NCBI GenBank assembly: GCA_963752795.1
Contig: CAVVZH010000010.1
Location: forward strand, 6,851-70,850
Length of the DNA stretch: 64,000 nucleotides
DNA from: an uncultured Alphaproteobacteria bacterium
GTDB taxonomy: Bacteria > Pseudomonadota > Alphaproteobacteria > Rhizobiales > Rhizobiaceae
Reading direction: 5' to 3'
Below, piece after piece: positions 10,538-21,643 of the stretch. The notes beneath the pieces are model-generated. The model did not search any database. It was not told the DNA's origin and saw only the letters and a list, made by a program, of their open reading frames with translations. The first letter of the stretch is position 1. Each line of letters opens with the position of its first letter. The translations under genes were made by a program, and so were the position numbers.

Positions 10538-11688
10538 CCGACGCCGATCCCGGCTTCGGCGTCTATATCCATTGGCCGTTCTGCGCGGCCAAGTGCCCCT
10601 ATTGCGACTTCAACAGCCATGTCCGCCATCAGCCGGTCGAACAGAAGCGTTTCGCCGCCGCCTTCGCGCGCGAGATGGAGGCGGTCGCGGCGCGCACCGG
10701 TCCACGCACCGTATCGAGCATCTTTCTCGGCGGCGGCACGCCGTCGCTGATGCATCCGGAGACAGTCGGCGCGCTGCTCGATGCGGTGGCGGCCAACTGG
10801 ACTGTGCCGGGCGATATCGAGGTCACGCTCGAGGCCAATCCGTCTTCCGTCGAGGCGGAGCGTTTCCGCGGCTACCGCGCCGCCGGCGTCAACCGCGTGT
10901 CCATGGGTGTACAGGCGCTCAATGACCCGGATCTTCGTTTCCTCGGGCGACTACACACTGTGGCGGAGGCGCTGAGGGCGATCGAACTGGCACGCGCGAT
11001 CTTCCCGCGCATGTCGTTTGACCTGATCTATGCGCGTCCCGGCCAGACGCCCGAGGCATGGGCGGCGGAACTGGAGCAGGCGATCGGCCACGCCGCCGAT
11101 CACCTGTCGCTCTATCAACTGACGATTGAGGAAGGCACGCCCTTCCATGCGCTGCACGCGGCCAGGAAATTCGTCGTTCCAGACAGCGACCAGGCGGCCG
11201 AACTCTATCGTGTTACACAAGAGGTGACGGCGCGGGGTGGTCTGCCGGCCTACGAAATTTCCAACCATGCCCGTCCTGGCGCGGAAAGCCGGCATAATCT
11301 GATCTATTGGCGCTACGGCGAATATGCGGGCATCGGGCCGGGCGCCCACGGCCGCTTCGTCGAACGCGGACGCCGCGTCGTCACCATGGCGGAGAAAATG
11401 CCGGAAACCTGGCTCAATCTGGTCGAGGCGCGCGGCCACGGTATCGCCGGCGGCGAAACCCTGTCGCATTCGGAGGAAGGAGACGAGTTCCTCCTGATGG
11501 GGCTGCGCCTCGCCGAGGGGATCGATATTGCACGCTATGAGAGTTTGGCCGGCCGCTCGCTGTCCGCCGATCGCGTCTCCATCCTGCGCGACGAGGATCT
11601 CATCGAGCCGATCGGCAATTCGAGGCTCAGGGCGACGCCGGCTGGCATGATCGTTCTCGACGCGCTGGTGGCCGACCTGGCGCGGTAG
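10534..11688 (+). CDS. hemW: Radical SAM heme chaperone HemW
   Basis: [18 protein letters not shown] and YEISN...HNLIYW; rph-rdgB-hemW synteny. Confidence 0.95.
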   Translation: MTDADPGFGVYIHWPFCAAKCPYCDFNSHVRHQPVEQKRFAAAFAREMEAVAARTGPRTVSSIFLGGGTPSLMHPETVGALLDAVAANWTVPGDIEVTLEANPSSVEAERFRGYRAAGVNRVSMGVQALNDPDLRFLGRLHTVAEALRAIELARAIFPRMSFDLIYARPGQTPEAWAAELEQAIGHAADHLSLYQLTIEEGTPFHALHAARKFVVPDSDQAAELYRVTQEVTARGGLPAYEISNHARPGAESRHNLIYWRYGEYAGIGPGAHGRFVERGRRVVTMAEKMPETWLNLVEARGHGIAGGETLSHSEEGDEFLLMGLRLAEGIDIARYESLAGRSLSADRVSILRDEDLIEPIGNSRLRATPAGMIVLDALVADLAR

Positions 11689-11696
11689 AATTGATC

Positions 11697-13283
11697 TCAC
11701 CGGATGGCGTCTATGGCGCGACGGTGCCCATGCATTTCCTGGAAGATGCGGTAGTCCCGGTCGTAGCGGTCCCGAGTTGCGGGATCCGGCGCTCGTTCGC
11801 GCCCGTCGCGATGCATGGCGACTGCCGCTGCCTCAAGGCTGGGATAATGACCAGCCGCCGTCGCCGCGGCCATCGCCGTGCCCAGGAGCACCGCCTCGTC
11901 CTTGTCCGACGGCTCGACAATGACATGCCCCGTGGCGTCGGCATAGAGTTCCGTCAGCAAGGGATTGCGTGTATGGCCGCCGGCGAGATGCAGCCGATCG
12001 ATCTCATGTCCCGCCTCGCCGATCGACTCCAAGATCTGGCGCACACCGAGCGCGATGGCGACCGCCGTGCGCCAATAAAGACGGCACAGGCCATCGAATG
12101 ACGCATCGAGCGCCAGGCCGCTGACGACACCGAGCGCATTCGGATCGGCGAAAGGCGACCGATTGCCGTGGAAGTCGGGCAGGACATGCAGCCGGGCCGC
12201 CCAATCCGGGCCTTCCGCCGCGCGCAATTCCATTACCCGCCGCACGATCCGGCTATGGGCCGCCATGTCCGGTTCGCCACTGGCGCCGTGCCAGCGGATG
12301 ACATGATCGAGTAGCGCTCCTGTGGCGGATTGTCCGCCCTCACTGGCCCAAAGACCCGGAAAGACAACCCCGCGATTCGGTCCCCAAGCGCCGGGGAAGC
12401 TACGCGGCTTATCCGAAAACAGGAGGACGCAGCTCGACGTTCCCGCGACCAGCGCCGCGCGGCGCTCAAATTCGCCGGGTGTCGCGGCAAAACCGCCGAG
12501 AACGCCGAGCGCCCCGGCATACGCGTCGATCATGCCGACAGCGACCCGGCAGGCCGGCGTCAGGCCGAGCGCGCGGGCCGCATCTTCCCGCAGCGGCCCG
12601 AGATCGGCGCCAACCGGACGCGAACGGCCCGGAAGGTTGCCGCACGTCAAGAGGTCGGGAAGGCCGACCGCATCGAAGAAATCCTGCCGCCATCCGGACG
12701 CGCCGTTCGCTTGAAATGTCCATTTGCAGGCAAGCGTGCAATGCGAGCGGTCGCTCGACCCCGATGCCTTCCAGGCCAGAAAGTCGGCGAGATCGAAGAT
12801 GGAACCGGCTCGCCGCCAGATATCGGGGTGGTGACGCTTCAGCCACATCAGCTTGGGGATCTGCATCTCCGGCGACATGACGCCGCCGACAGAGGCAAGG
12901 GCCGCGTCGCCAGTCGCGGTGCATTCGTCGGCTTCGGCATGGGCGCGGTGGTCGAACCAGGAAATCGTGTCCCATGAGCCGCCACCGGGCGACGATAGCG
13001 GCAACGGCGCACCATCGCCGCCGCGCAGAACCAGCGAACAGGTGGCGTCGAAGGCAATTCCCGTAATATCTTCGGGCCCGACTCCGGCGAACCTACGGGC
13101 TTCACGCACAGCGCCGCAGACAGCGCGCCAGATGTCTTCCGAATCGTGCTCGGCAAAAAACGCGTCGGGACGACGCAACGCGATCGCATGCTCGGCGCGT
13201 CCGCACATGCCGCCGGCGCTGTCGAGGATCGCGGCGCGGGCGCTGGCGGTGCCGACATCGACAGCACAGACGAATTTTCCCAT
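11697..13283 (-). CDS. FGGY-family pentulose kinase (D-ribulokinase-like)
   Basis: VDVGTASAR, FDATCSLV, MSPEMQIPKL and PDFHGNRSP motifs. Confidence 0.9.
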   Translation of the reverse strand: MGKFVCAVDVGTASARAAILDSAGGMCGRAEHAIALRRPDAFFAEHDSEDIWRAVCGAVREARRFAGVGPEDITGIAFDATCSLVLRGGDGAPLPLSSPGGGSWDTISWFDHRAHAEADECTATGDAALASVGGVMSPEMQIPKLMWLKRHHPDIWRRAGSIFDLADFLAWKASGSSDRSHCTLACKWTFQANGASGWRQDFFDAVGLPDLLTCGNLPGRSRPVGADLGPLREDAARALGLTPACRVAVGMIDAYAGALGVLGGFAATPGEFERRAALVAGTSSCVLLFSDKPRSFPGAWGPNRGVVFPGLWASEGGQSATGALLDHVIRWHGASGEPDMAAHSRIVRRVMELRAAEGPDWAARLHVLPDFHGNRSPFADPNALGVVSGLALDASFDGLCRLYWRTAVAIALGVRQILESIGEAGHEIDRLHLAGGHTRNPLLTELYADATGHVIVEPSDKDEAVLLGTAMAAATAAGHYPSLEAAAVAMHRDGRERAPDPATRDRYDRDYRIFQEMHGHRRAIDAIR

Positions 13284-13960
13284 CAGCACGCCTTGCCGAA
13301 CGACGCCATCAGCGCCGGCAAGCGGCCCATGTCGTCGAAGACCGCATCCGGCTCCAGCGGCGCCAGAGCTTGCGCCAGTCCGCCGGCATGGGCATGCGAG
13401 CCACCGGTAAAACCGAAGACGCGCATGCCGGCGCTTTTGGCCGCCCGGATGCCGGCCGGACTGTCCTCGATCACCAGGCAATCCCGCGGCTCCGCGCCCA
13501 TGTCGCGGGCGGCATGCAGGAAAAGATCGGGCGCGGGCTTGCCTCTGTCGACCATCGTCGCACTGTAGATGTGCGGCTCGAAGAAGGGCAACAGTCCGGT
13601 GAGGCCGAGCGACAGGCGAATACGCTCCGGCTGGCTGGAAGAAGCGACGCAATGGGCGGTCTTCAGGCCGGCGACGACGCCACGGATTCCGGGAATGGGC
13701 TTCAATTCATCGGTGAGCCGCCGTCCAAGTTCGGCGCGGATGCGCTTCAGATGCTCTTCGGTCATCGCGAAGCCGAATTCGGCGGCGAGCACCTCGCTTA
13801 TGGTGGCCATGCTCTTGCCAAGGAAATGCCGATAGGCCCCGTCCTCGTCGATCACGCCCCCGGCACGGGAAATGATGTCGGTGAGAACCGAGATGGAAAT
13901 CGGCTCGCTGTCGACCAGCACGCCGTCGCAATCGAAGATGACAAGAGCGGGCGGGCTCAA
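13283..13960 (-). CDS. HAD family phosphatase
   Basis: FDCDGVLVDSE, KPAPDLF and IEDSPAG motifs; TTG start. Confidence 0.92.
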   Translation of the reverse strand: MSPPALVIFDCDGVLVDSEPISISVLTDIISRAGGVIDEDGAYRHFLGKSMATISEVLAAEFGFAMTEEHLKRIRAELGRRLTDELKPIPGIRGVVAGLKTAHCVASSSQPERIRLSLGLTGLLPFFEPHIYSATMVDRGKPAPDLFLHAARDMGAEPRDCLVIEDSPAGIRAAKSAGMRVFGFTGGSHAHAGGLAQALAPLEPDAVFDDMGRLPALMASFGKAC

Positions 13961-13991
13961 GGTAGTTGGGCCTTCGCCGCGCGGGGCATTT

Positions 13992-14783
13992 TCATATCGT
14001 CCTCAGCATGCCGCCATCGACGTGATAGGTCGCGCCCACCGAATAGGAGGCGCGATCCGAGCACAGGAAGACGAAGAAATTAGCCAGTTCAGCGACCGTG
14101 CCGAAACGCTTGATGGGGGCGTGCTCATCGGCGACCCCCTGAAGATAGCCCTCCCAGTCGCCGTCGCCGGAAGCGGTGAGCTGTTTCGCCGTCTTGATCC
14201 AGTCCGAAGTCAGTATGAGCCCCGGATTGATGGTGTTGACGCGGATGTTGTCCTTGACGACCTCATTGGCGAGGTTTTTCGAGAACATGAGCAGCGCCGC
14301 CTTGGTGACATTGTAGATCGGCTCGTACCAGAGCGGCTGCACGGCGCAGATCGAGGCGTTGTGCACGATCGCGCCGCCGCCGCGCCGGCGCATCATGGGC
14401 ACGAAGGCGCGGGCGAGACGGACGGCGGCCATGACATGCAGGTCCCAGTAGGCCTGCCATTTTTCGTCCGGGGCTTCCATGATCGTCTCGTTGGAGCCGG
14501 TGCCGGCATTGTTGACGAGGATATCGACCCCGCCGAACGCTTCCTCCGCGGACTCGGCAAGCCGCGCGACGCCGTCGACCGTCGCCACATCACAGCAAAC
14601 CGGAAGTGCGCGCACGCCATGGTCGCTGGCGATGCGTTTCGCCTCTCGGGTCAGCCGATCTTCCTGCCGAGCCGCCATCACCAGATGCGCGCCTTCGCTT
14701 GCGAAGGCTTCCGCCACGCCGAGCCCGATGCCCACGCTGGCGCCGGTTATGACGGCGACTTTGCCCTTCAGTCCAAGATTCAT
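13992..14783 (-). CDS. sboA: SDR oxidoreductase, L-sorbose reductase (SboA)-like
   Basis: 263 aa with TGASVGIG, ARQ (NADPH-type), NNAGTGSNETIMEAPDEKWQ, His116, and S144/Y157/K161. Matches my recollection of Gluconobacter frateurii L-sorbose reductase. Confidence 0.8.
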   Translation of the reverse strand: MNLGLKGKVAVITGASVGIGLGVAEAFASEGAHLVMAARQEDRLTREAKRIASDHGVRALPVCCDVATVDGVARLAESAEEAFGGVDILVNNAGTGSNETIMEAPDEKWQAYWDLHVMAAVRLARAFVPMMRRRGGGAIVHNASICAVQPLWYEPIYNVTKAALLMFSKNLANEVVKDNIRVNTINPGLILTSDWIKTAKQLTASGDGDWEGYLQGVADEHAPIKRFGTVAELANFFVFLCSDRASYSVGATYHVDGGMLRTI

Positions 14784-14861
14784 GCTGCCGATCTCCAGCG
14801 TAGACGTCTACAAAGCTCGCCTGCCCGTAGCCACCGATAAATCACCACGACCGTCTCGCGG

Positions 14862-16340
14862 TCAAAGCCGGTCCGCAAGATAGGATTTCAGCGTCGCCTT
14901 CGTACCCTCGGCCCACAAGGTCCGGAGACTACGCGAGAAGGCCTCCTGGAAGGAAGCGGATTTGCCGACATCGCCATAGATGTCCGACATCGCCAGCCAT
15001 GCCGACGGATCGTCCTTGGCGGCGCGCGCCGCTTTCTGGAGACGATCCCAATCCGGGTCATTGGGCTCGATCACGGCTCCCGAATCGGTCGTGCCATGGC
15101 AGTAACGGCACCAGAGCGCCGATTCTAGCGCCAGACCCTTTACAGGAAGGTTCTTCGCCAGCCTATCGGCGATCGAGGGAATGATGAATTTCGGCTGGCG
15201 GTTGGAACCGTCGAGACAGAGGCGGCGGATCGTGTCGCCGATCTTGGGATTGAGGCAGCGTTCCTCGACCTTGCGGAAATAGGTGTCGAGGTCGGTGTGG
15301 GGGACTGGCGGCACGATCGGGATAATCTCGTCGCGCTCGACCTTTTGCAGGAAGGCGCGAACCAGTTCGTTCTGCATGCCCTCATGGACGAAGTGGATAT
15401 CCAGCAACCCGGAAGCGTAGGCGATGATGGCGTGCCCTCCGTTGAGGATGCGGATCTTCATCATCTCCCAGGGGGTCACGTCATCGACGAATTCGGCGCC
15501 CACCTCGTCAAAGGCCGGCCGGCCGGCGGTGAACTTGTCCTCGACCACCCATTGGATGAAGTCTTCGCAGAAGACCGGCCAGGCATCCTCGATGCCGAAC
15601 ATGTCGCGAGTGATCTGCCGCTCCCGGTCCGACGTGGCCACGGCGATGCGATCGACCATGGCATTCGGGAAGGCCACTTCGGCGCGAACCCAGTTTGCAA
15701 AATCCGCATCCTGGGCGGCGGCGAGTCCGGCCACCGCGTCGCGCGCCACCTTGCCATTGTGGGGAACGTTGTCGCAGGACATGACCGTGAAGGGCGGAAT
15801 GCCCGCCGCGCGCCGCGCCTTGAGGCCGGAAAGGATGAGACCGAAGACCGTTTTCGGATTGTCCGGATTGGCGGCGTCGGCCGCGATCGCGGGACTGGCC
15901 CGATCGAACTGGCCAAGCGCCGGGTTCACGAAATAGCCGCCTTCGGTCACGGTCAGCGACACGATGCGAACCGCCGGGTCGGCGAGTTTGGCAATTATGG
16001 CGCGGCCGTCCATCGGCGGAAGGAAGTCCGTCATCACGCCGGTCACGCGCGCTGAAGATGTCTCCGCCGACTGCTCGACGACGGTCGTCAGCCAATCCTG
16101 GCCGGCCAGCGCATCGCGCATCTTCATGTCGTAGGGCGTCACCCCGGCGCCGATGATTCCCCAGTCGCGGTCGCGGCCTTCGTTCATCAGCCGGTCGAGA
16201 TAGACCTGCAAATGCGCGCGGTGGAAATTGCCGACACCGAAATGAACGATGCCCGGCGAAAGGTCGGCCGCACGATATGTCGGAGCCGCGACATTGGCGG
16301 GCAAATTGTCCAGCGCGCTTGACGAGAGTTTGAGGGTCAT
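14862..16340 (-). CDS. mtlK: Mannitol 2-dehydrogenase (long-chain polyol dehydrogenase)
   Basis: HFGVGNFHRAH, SLTVTEGGY, SCDN, FPNAMVDRI and KIRILNGGH motifs. Confidence 0.93.
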   Translation of the reverse strand: MTLKLSSSALDNLPANVAAPTYRAADLSPGIVHFGVGNFHRAHLQVYLDRLMNEGRDRDWGIIGAGVTPYDMKMRDALAGQDWLTTVVEQSAETSSARVTGVMTDFLPPMDGRAIIAKLADPAVRIVSLTVTEGGYFVNPALGQFDRASPAIAADAANPDNPKTVFGLILSGLKARRAAGIPPFTVMSCDNVPHNGKVARDAVAGLAAAQDADFANWVRAEVAFPNAMVDRIAVATSDRERQITRDMFGIEDAWPVFCEDFIQWVVEDKFTAGRPAFDEVGAEFVDDVTPWEMMKIRILNGGHAIIAYASGLLDIHFVHEGMQNELVRAFLQKVERDEIIPIVPPVPHTDLDTYFRKVEERCLNPKIGDTIRRLCLDGSNRQPKFIIPSIADRLAKNLPVKGLALESALWCRYCHGTTDSGAVIEPNDPDWDRLQKAARAAKDDPSAWLAMSDIYGDVGKSASFQEAFSRSLRTLWAEGTKATLKSYLADRL

Positions 16341-16344
16341 CGGA

Positions 16345-17115
16345 TCAACTCATCCAGTTGCCGCCGTCGACATTGTAGGTCTGGGCCACGACGTAATCGC
16401 TGTCGCTGCTCGCCAGGAATACCGCCATGCCGGTCAGATCTTCGGCCGTACCCATGCGTCCGTAAGGCACCGCTTCGCCGACCAGTTTCTTCTTCTCGCC
16501 ACGCGGGCGGTTTTCATATTGGGCGAAAAGAGCATCGACGCCTTCCCAATGCTCCCCGTCGACGACGCCCGGCGCGATCGCATTGACGTTGATGCCATGC
16601 TTGATGAGATCGAGCCCGGCCGACTGGGTCAGGCTGATGATGGCGGCCTTGGTGGCGCAATAAATGGCGACCAGCGCCTCGCCCCGGCGGCCGGCCTGGC
16701 TCGCCATGTTGATGATCTTGCCGCCCTTGCCGCGCGCGATCATGGAGCGCGCCACCGCCTGCAAGGTGAACAGGGAGCCGGCGAAATTGACCGCGAACAG
16801 TTTGTCATAGCTGGCGCGGCTGATGTCGACGATCGGGGCCAGGTCGAAGAGCGCGGCGTTGTTGATGAGGATATCAACGCCGCCCGCTTTATCTTCAACC
16901 GCCTTGACGGCAGCGTCGATGCAGGCCTGATCGGTCACGTCGAGATGGATGGCGTACGCGCCGCCGCCAATTTCGGCCGCCGTCCTCGTCGCGGCTTCCA
17001 TGTTGATGTCCCCGATAGCGACAATTGCCCCTTCACGCGCGAAGGCTTCGGCAAAGGCGCGGCCGATGCCGCGCGCCGAACCGGTGATCAGCGCCGATTT
17101 GCCCTCAAGTCTCAC
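16345..17115 (-). CDS. smoS: Sorbitol (L-iditol 2-) dehydrogenase
   Basis: SDR with [23 protein letters not shown] and GVVDGEHW motifs. Confidence 0.93.
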   Translation of the reverse strand: MRLEGKSALITGSARGIGRAFAEAFAREGAIVAIGDINMEAATRTAAEIGGGAYAIHLDVTDQACIDAAVKAVEDKAGGVDILINNAALFDLAPIVDISRASYDKLFAVNFAGSLFTLQAVARSMIARGKGGKIINMASQAGRRGEALVAIYCATKAAIISLTQSAGLDLIKHGINVNAIAPGVVDGEHWEGVDALFAQYENRPRGEKKKLVGEAVPYGRMGTAEDLTGMAVFLASSDSDYVVAQTYNVDGGNWMS

Positions 17116-18116
17116 GCCGCCATCGCCTTCCCGTCGGCGCCGAAGCGATGCAGCTTTGCCGGGTCCGGCGTCAGATAGATCACGTCGCCGTGGCTGACCT
17201 TCAGTTCGCCATCGGCGCGCACCGTCAGCGGCCCGGCAATGTCCGACTGTACATGCAGGAAGGTGTCGGAGCCGAGATGCTCGGCGACGCCAACGGTCGC
17301 CTTCCAGTCACCGTTGGTCTGGGAAATCTTCAAATGCTCGGGTCGGATGCCGATGGTCCTGGCGCTATGCTTTGCGGCCTGTTCGCCCTCGATCAAATTC
17401 ATCTTCGGCGAGCCGATGAAGCCGGCGACGAACAGGTTCTTGGGCGTCTTGTAAAGTTCCATCGGCGAACCGACCTGCTCGATATTGCCGGCGTTCAGAA
17501 CGACGATTTTGTCGGCCATGGTCATCGCCTCGACCTGGTCGTGGGTGACGTAAATCATGGTCGTCTTCAATTGCTGGTGCAGTTCGCTGATTTCGAGCCG
17601 CATGGTGCCGCGCAGGGCGGCGTCGAGGTTGGACAGCGGTTCGTCGAACAGGAAGGCGCTCGGGTTGCGCACGATGGCGCGGCCAATGGCGACGCGCTGG
17701 CGCTGGCCGCCGGAGAGCTGGCCCGGTCGACGCTCGAGATAATTGGTCAGATTGAGGACGCGGGCGGCGTCCTTGACCTTCTTGTCGATCGTCTCCTGGC
17801 TCTCGCCCGCCATCTTCAGCGGAAAGGCGATGTTCTTCGCCACCGACATATGCGGATAAAGCGCGTATGATTGAAACACCATCGCCAGCTTGCGCTTCGC
17901 CGGCGCTTCGCCCGTTACGTCGCGGCCATCGATGTTGATGGACCCGCCGCTGGTGTCCTCCAGCCCGGCGATCAGGCGCAAAAGGGTGGACTTGCCGCAA
18001 CCCGACGGACCGACAAAGACGACGAACTCGCCATCCTCGATGACCAGGTCGATGTCGGGGATGATGACTGTGGATCCGAACGATTTGGAGACGTTCTTGA
18101 GCGTGATGTTTCCCAT
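17112..18116 (-). CDS. smoK: Polyol ABC transporter ATP-binding protein
   Basis: [20 protein letters not shown] and [10 protein letters not shown] motifs; real start at MGNITLK. Confidence 0.93.
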   Translation of the reverse strand: MGNITLKNVSKSFGSTVIIPDIDLVIEDGEFVVFVGPSGCGKSTLLRLIAGLEDTSGGSINIDGRDVTGEAPAKRKLAMVFQSYALYPHMSVAKNIAFPLKMAGESQETIDKKVKDAARVLNLTNYLERRPGQLSGGQRQRVAIGRAIVRNPSAFLFDEPLSNLDAALRGTMRLEISELHQQLKTTMIYVTHDQVEAMTMADKIVVLNAGNIEQVGSPMELYKTPKNLFVAGFIGSPKMNLIEGEQAAKHSARTIGIRPEHLKISQTNGDWKATVGVAEHLGSDTFLHVQSDIAGPLTVRADGELKVSHGDVIYLTPDPAKLHRFGADGKAMAA

Positions 18117-18148
18117 GGGTTCCTCCCCTGTGGCCTGTGTCCGGGCGC

Positions 18149-18973
18149 TTATTTCACCGCGCCGAATGTGAGACCCCGCACAAGCTGTTTTTGCGAGAAC
18201 CAGCCCATGATCAGGATCGGCGCGATCGCCAGCGTCGAGGCGGCGGAAAGCTTCGCCCAGAACAAGCCCTGCGGACTTGAAAACGACGTGATGAAGGCGG
18301 TGAGCGGCGCGGCGTTGGTTGTGGTCAGGCGAATGGTCCAGAAGGATTCGTTCCACGCCAGGATGATGTTGAGGAGCAGCGTCGAGGCGATGCCCGGAAC
18401 CGCCATCGGCGTCAGCACATAGACAATCTCGCCCCACAACGTTGCGCCATCCATGCGCGCGGCTTCGAGGATCTCGCCGGGGATTTCGCGGAAATAGGTG
18501 TAGAGCATCCACACCACGATCGGCAGGTTGATGAGCATCAGCATGATGGTCAGGCCGATGCGGCTGTCGAGCAGGTGGAAATCGCGGAAGATCAGGTAGA
18601 TCGGGACGAGCACGGCCACCGCCGGCATCATCTTGGTGGAGAGCATCCACATCAATATGTCCTTGGTCCATCTCGTGGGCGAGAAGGCCATGGACCAGGC
18701 GGCCGGAACGGCGATGATCAGGGCGAGGATGGTCGAGCCGACCGAAAGCAGCACGGAATTGAAGAACGGCTTGAAGTAATTGTACTGCGATTGCACCTCG
18801 CGGTAGCTCTCCAGCGTGCCCGATGGAATGAGGTTGAAACCGGCGATCGCTTCCGTCTCGGACTTGAAGCTGGTGATGATGGTGTAGAGGATCGGAAAGA
18901 AGATCAGCAGGGCGACGATCCAGGCGGCGATCGTCCATCCGATCTTGGCTTGGGTGGAAACTGCGCGGGCCAT
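18149..18973 (-). CDS. smoG: Polyol ABC transporter permease
   Basis: [11 protein letters not shown] loop; ends GLTFGAVK. Confidence 0.92.
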   Translation of the reverse strand: MARAVSTQAKIGWTIAAWIVALLIFFPILYTIITSFKSETEAIAGFNLIPSGTLESYREVQSQYNYFKPFFNSVLLSVGSTILALIIAVPAAWSMAFSPTRWTKDILMWMLSTKMMPAVAVLVPIYLIFRDFHLLDSRIGLTIMLMLINLPIVVWMLYTYFREIPGEILEAARMDGATLWGEIVYVLTPMAVPGIASTLLLNIILAWNESFWTIRLTTTNAAPLTAFITSFSSPQGLFWAKLSAASTLAIAPILIMGWFSQKQLVRGLTFGAVK

Positions 18974-18988
18974 CGTTTCTCTCCCGTT

Positions 18989-19861
18989 CTACTTGTCGAG
19001 GTTCTTGCCGACGGCGCGCATCAGGAAGAAGGCGACGACGTTGGCCAGCACGACGGCGATGATGCCGCCAGCGGAAGCGCCGCCGACATCGTAGCCGAGC
19101 AGCGCCGTGCGATAGATCAGGAAGGGCAGATTGGTCGATGCGTAGCCCGGGCCTCCGTTCGTCGTGACGAGGATCTCGGCATAGACGCTGAGCAGGAAGA
19201 TCGTCTGGATCAGGATGACCACGGTGATGGCGCGCGACATATGCGGCACCGTCAAATGGATGAAACGGCTGACGAAGCCGGCGCCGTCCATTTCGGCGGC
19301 TTCCATCTGCTCGCCATCGAGCGATTGCAGCGAGGTCAGCAGGATCAGCGTCGCGAACGGCAGCCATTGCCAGGCGACGATGATGACGATCGACAGCAGC
19401 GGATATTGTGCGAACCAGTCGATCGGCCGCAATCCCACGGCATGGGCCAGATCGGCAGAGATGCCGTAACTCGGGTTCATGATCATGTTCTTCCACACCA
19501 GCGCCGCCACCGGCGGCATGACGAAGAAGGGTGAGATGACGAGGATGCGCACAATGCCCTGGCCGAACATCGGTTGGTCGATGAGCAGGGCGAGCGCGGT
19601 GCCGCCGATCACCGTGATCAGGAGCACGCCGACGACGATGACCAGCGTGTTCCAGATCGACTGGAAAAAGGCCGGGTCGCTGTAGAAGAATTTGTAGTTG
19701 AACCATCCGGCGAAATTGATGTTGGCCGGGTTGAGCAGATTGTAGTTTTCGAACGAGTACCACAGCGTCATCGCCAATGGCACGACCATCCAGATGAGGA
19801 GCAGGATGACGGACGGCGCCATCATGAAGCGGGCAAGCGTGGCGGTCTGTCGAGTAGCCAT
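18989..19861 (-). CDS. smoF: Polyol ABC transporter permease
   Basis: [15 protein letters not shown] and TNGGPG motifs. Confidence 0.92.
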   Translation of the reverse strand: MATRQTATLARFMMAPSVILLLIWMVVPLAMTLWYSFENYNLLNPANINFAGWFNYKFFYSDPAFFQSIWNTLVIVVGVLLITVIGGTALALLIDQPMFGQGIVRILVISPFFVMPPVAALVWKNMIMNPSYGISADLAHAVGLRPIDWFAQYPLLSIVIIVAWQWLPFATLILLTSLQSLDGEQMEAAEMDGAGFVSRFIHLTVPHMSRAITVVILIQTIFLLSVYAEILVTTNGGPGYASTNLPFLIYRTALLGYDVGGASAGGIIAVVLANVVAFFLMRAVGKNLDK

Positions 19862-19959
19862 GGTGGTCACCCCGCATTCGCACAGATTTAATTTTCAGCG
19901 TTTGTAAGGTGGCCGCCCGGACTGGGAACCGGACGGCCAAGGCGCCCTGGGAGGCTGCC

Positions 19960-21270
19960 TTATTTGATATAGCCCGAGCGAGTCATCTCGCGGACCGCAG
20001 CCGTCTGCGCGGCGGCCAGCGCGTCATCCACGCTCGATTGCCCGGCGAGCGCCGCCGAGAATATCTGCCCGACCGTCGTGCCAAGACCCTGGAATTCGGG
20101 AATGGCGACGAACTGCCCGCCCGTATAGGGCACCGGCTTGACGCTCGGCTTGGTGATGTCGGCAGCGTTCATCGCGGCAAGCGTCGGTGCGGCGAAGGGC
20201 GCGGCTTTCTGGTAGTCGGGGTTGTTGTAGAGCGAGGTGCGCGTTCCGGGAGGCGCGCTGGCCCAGCCTTCCTTGGAGGCGACAAGCTCGGTGTAGTGCT
20301 TGCTGGTCGCCCAGGAGACGAATTTCTCCGCCGCGTCGACCTTCTGCGAGCTGGCCGGAATGGCCAGGTTCCACGACCACAGCCAGTTGCCGTGATTGCC
20401 GTTGCCGGTATCGGGGAAGATGGCGAAGCCGACCTTGTCTGCAACGGTCGAATTCTTCGGGTCCGACACGAAGGACGCCGCCACGGTGGCGTCGATCCAC
20501 ATGCCGCACTTGCCCTGCTGGAAGAGCGTCAGATTCTCGTTGAAGCCGTTGGACGAAGCGCCTTCCGGGCCGGCGTCCTTCATCAGCTTGACATAGGTGC
20601 CGAGCGTGTTCTTCCACGCCGGCTGGTCGAATTGCGGCTGCCATTTCTCGTCGAACCAGCGGCCGCCGAAGGAATTGTCCATGGCCGTCAGGAACGCCAT
20701 GTTCTCGCCCCAGCCGGCCTTGCCGCGCAGGCAGATGCCGTTGATGCCATTGGCGCGATCGGTGATCTTGCGCGCCGCGTCGCCGATGAAGTCCCAGGTC
20801 GGCTTTTCCGGCATCTTGAGGCCGGCTTTGTCGAAGAGGTCGGTGCGGTACATGATCATCGCCGACTCGCCATAGAAAGGCGCGGCGTAGAGCTTGCCGT
20901 CGACCGTCAGGCCGCCGCGGATGGCGGGCAGGAGGTCATCGACGTCGTAATCGGCGCCGAGCTTGTCGAGCGGCGTCAGCCATTTCTGCTTGGCCCAGAT
21001 CGGAACCTCGTAATTGCCGATGGTGACGACGTCGTATTGGCCGCCCTTGGTGGCGATGTCGGTGGTGACGCGCTCGCGCAGGACGTTTTCCTCGAGCGTG
21101 ACCCAGTTGAGCTGAATATCCGGGTTGGCCTTCGTGAAATCGTCCGTCAGCTTCTGCATGCGGATCATGTCGCCATTGTTGACGGTGGCGATGGTGATGG
21201 ATTCGGCGTTGGCGGCGAAAGCGAACAGGCTCGCCGAGCACAGGCCGAGAATGAGCGTGCGAAGTTTCAT
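19960..21270 (-). CDS. smoE: Polyol ABC transporter substrate-binding protein
   Basis: Signal peptide; [20 protein letters not shown] and [11 protein letters not shown] motifs. Confidence 0.93.
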   Translation of the reverse strand: MKLRTLILGLCSASLFAFAANAESITIATVNNGDMIRMQKLTDDFTKANPDIQLNWVTLEENVLRERVTTDIATKGGQYDVVTIGNYEVPIWAKQKWLTPLDKLGADYDVDDLLPAIRGGLTVDGKLYAAPFYGESAMIMYRTDLFDKAGLKMPEKPTWDFIGDAARKITDRANGINGICLRGKAGWGENMAFLTAMDNSFGGRWFDEKWQPQFDQPAWKNTLGTYVKLMKDAGPEGASSNGFNENLTLFQQGKCGMWIDATVAASFVSDPKNSTVADKVGFAIFPDTGNGNHGNWLWSWNLAIPASSQKVDAAEKFVSWATSKHYTELVASKEGWASAPPGTRTSLYNNPDYQKAAPFAAPTLAAMNAADITKPSVKPVPYTGGQFVAIPEFQGLGTTVGQIFSAALAGQSSVDDALAAAQTAAVREMTRSGYIK

Positions 21271-21293
21271 CAATATCCTCCCAAAAACCAAGG

Positions 21294-21534
21294 TGAGCAT
21301 TTGCCTCAGTTATGGGCAATTACTCATTTGTGGCAAAATGTGTCAAGCCAGATTCGTTACTGCATCGCAGCACGAAACACGGTCGCGGCGGCCGTACTTG
21401 CCTGCAAGACGGAGCCTTCCAGTCAATTTCGCGTTTCAGACAGGCCAATTCCTCGCGACGGTACTCGCCGCCGGACGGGTGCATAATGCGCAGGCGCAAC
21501 AGATGGTTGTGCTCTCCAAGTGAGCAATTGCCCT
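21294..21534. promoter_or_regulatory. Three candidate SmoC operator boxes (consensus TGAGCAATTGCTCA)
   Basis: TGAGCATTTGCCTCA at 21294, TGGGCAATTACTCA at 21313 and TGAGCAATTGCCCT at 21521, all in the smoE-smoC divergent region. Confidence 0.6.
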
Positions 21535-21643
21535 TGCCGAAAATGTCTGTAAACATAACCAGAAGCTGGCATAACAATGGGCCACGAATTGGCTTCAGGG
21601 CGCCAATCCGCCCGATCGGTGTCGGTGAAGAATGGGCAGGATT

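Noticed and set aside
17112-19940. 942-aa ORF suggesting a giant ABC fusion
   Set aside because: Only the last 334 aa are the ATPase; the rest is an off-frame read-through overlapping smoF and smoG.
19909-21486. Long antisense ORFs (also 34239..36284, 25737..27233, 39942..41741, 56655..58151)
   Set aside because: Typical high-GC shadow ORFs opposite well-supported genes, with no recognisable motifs.
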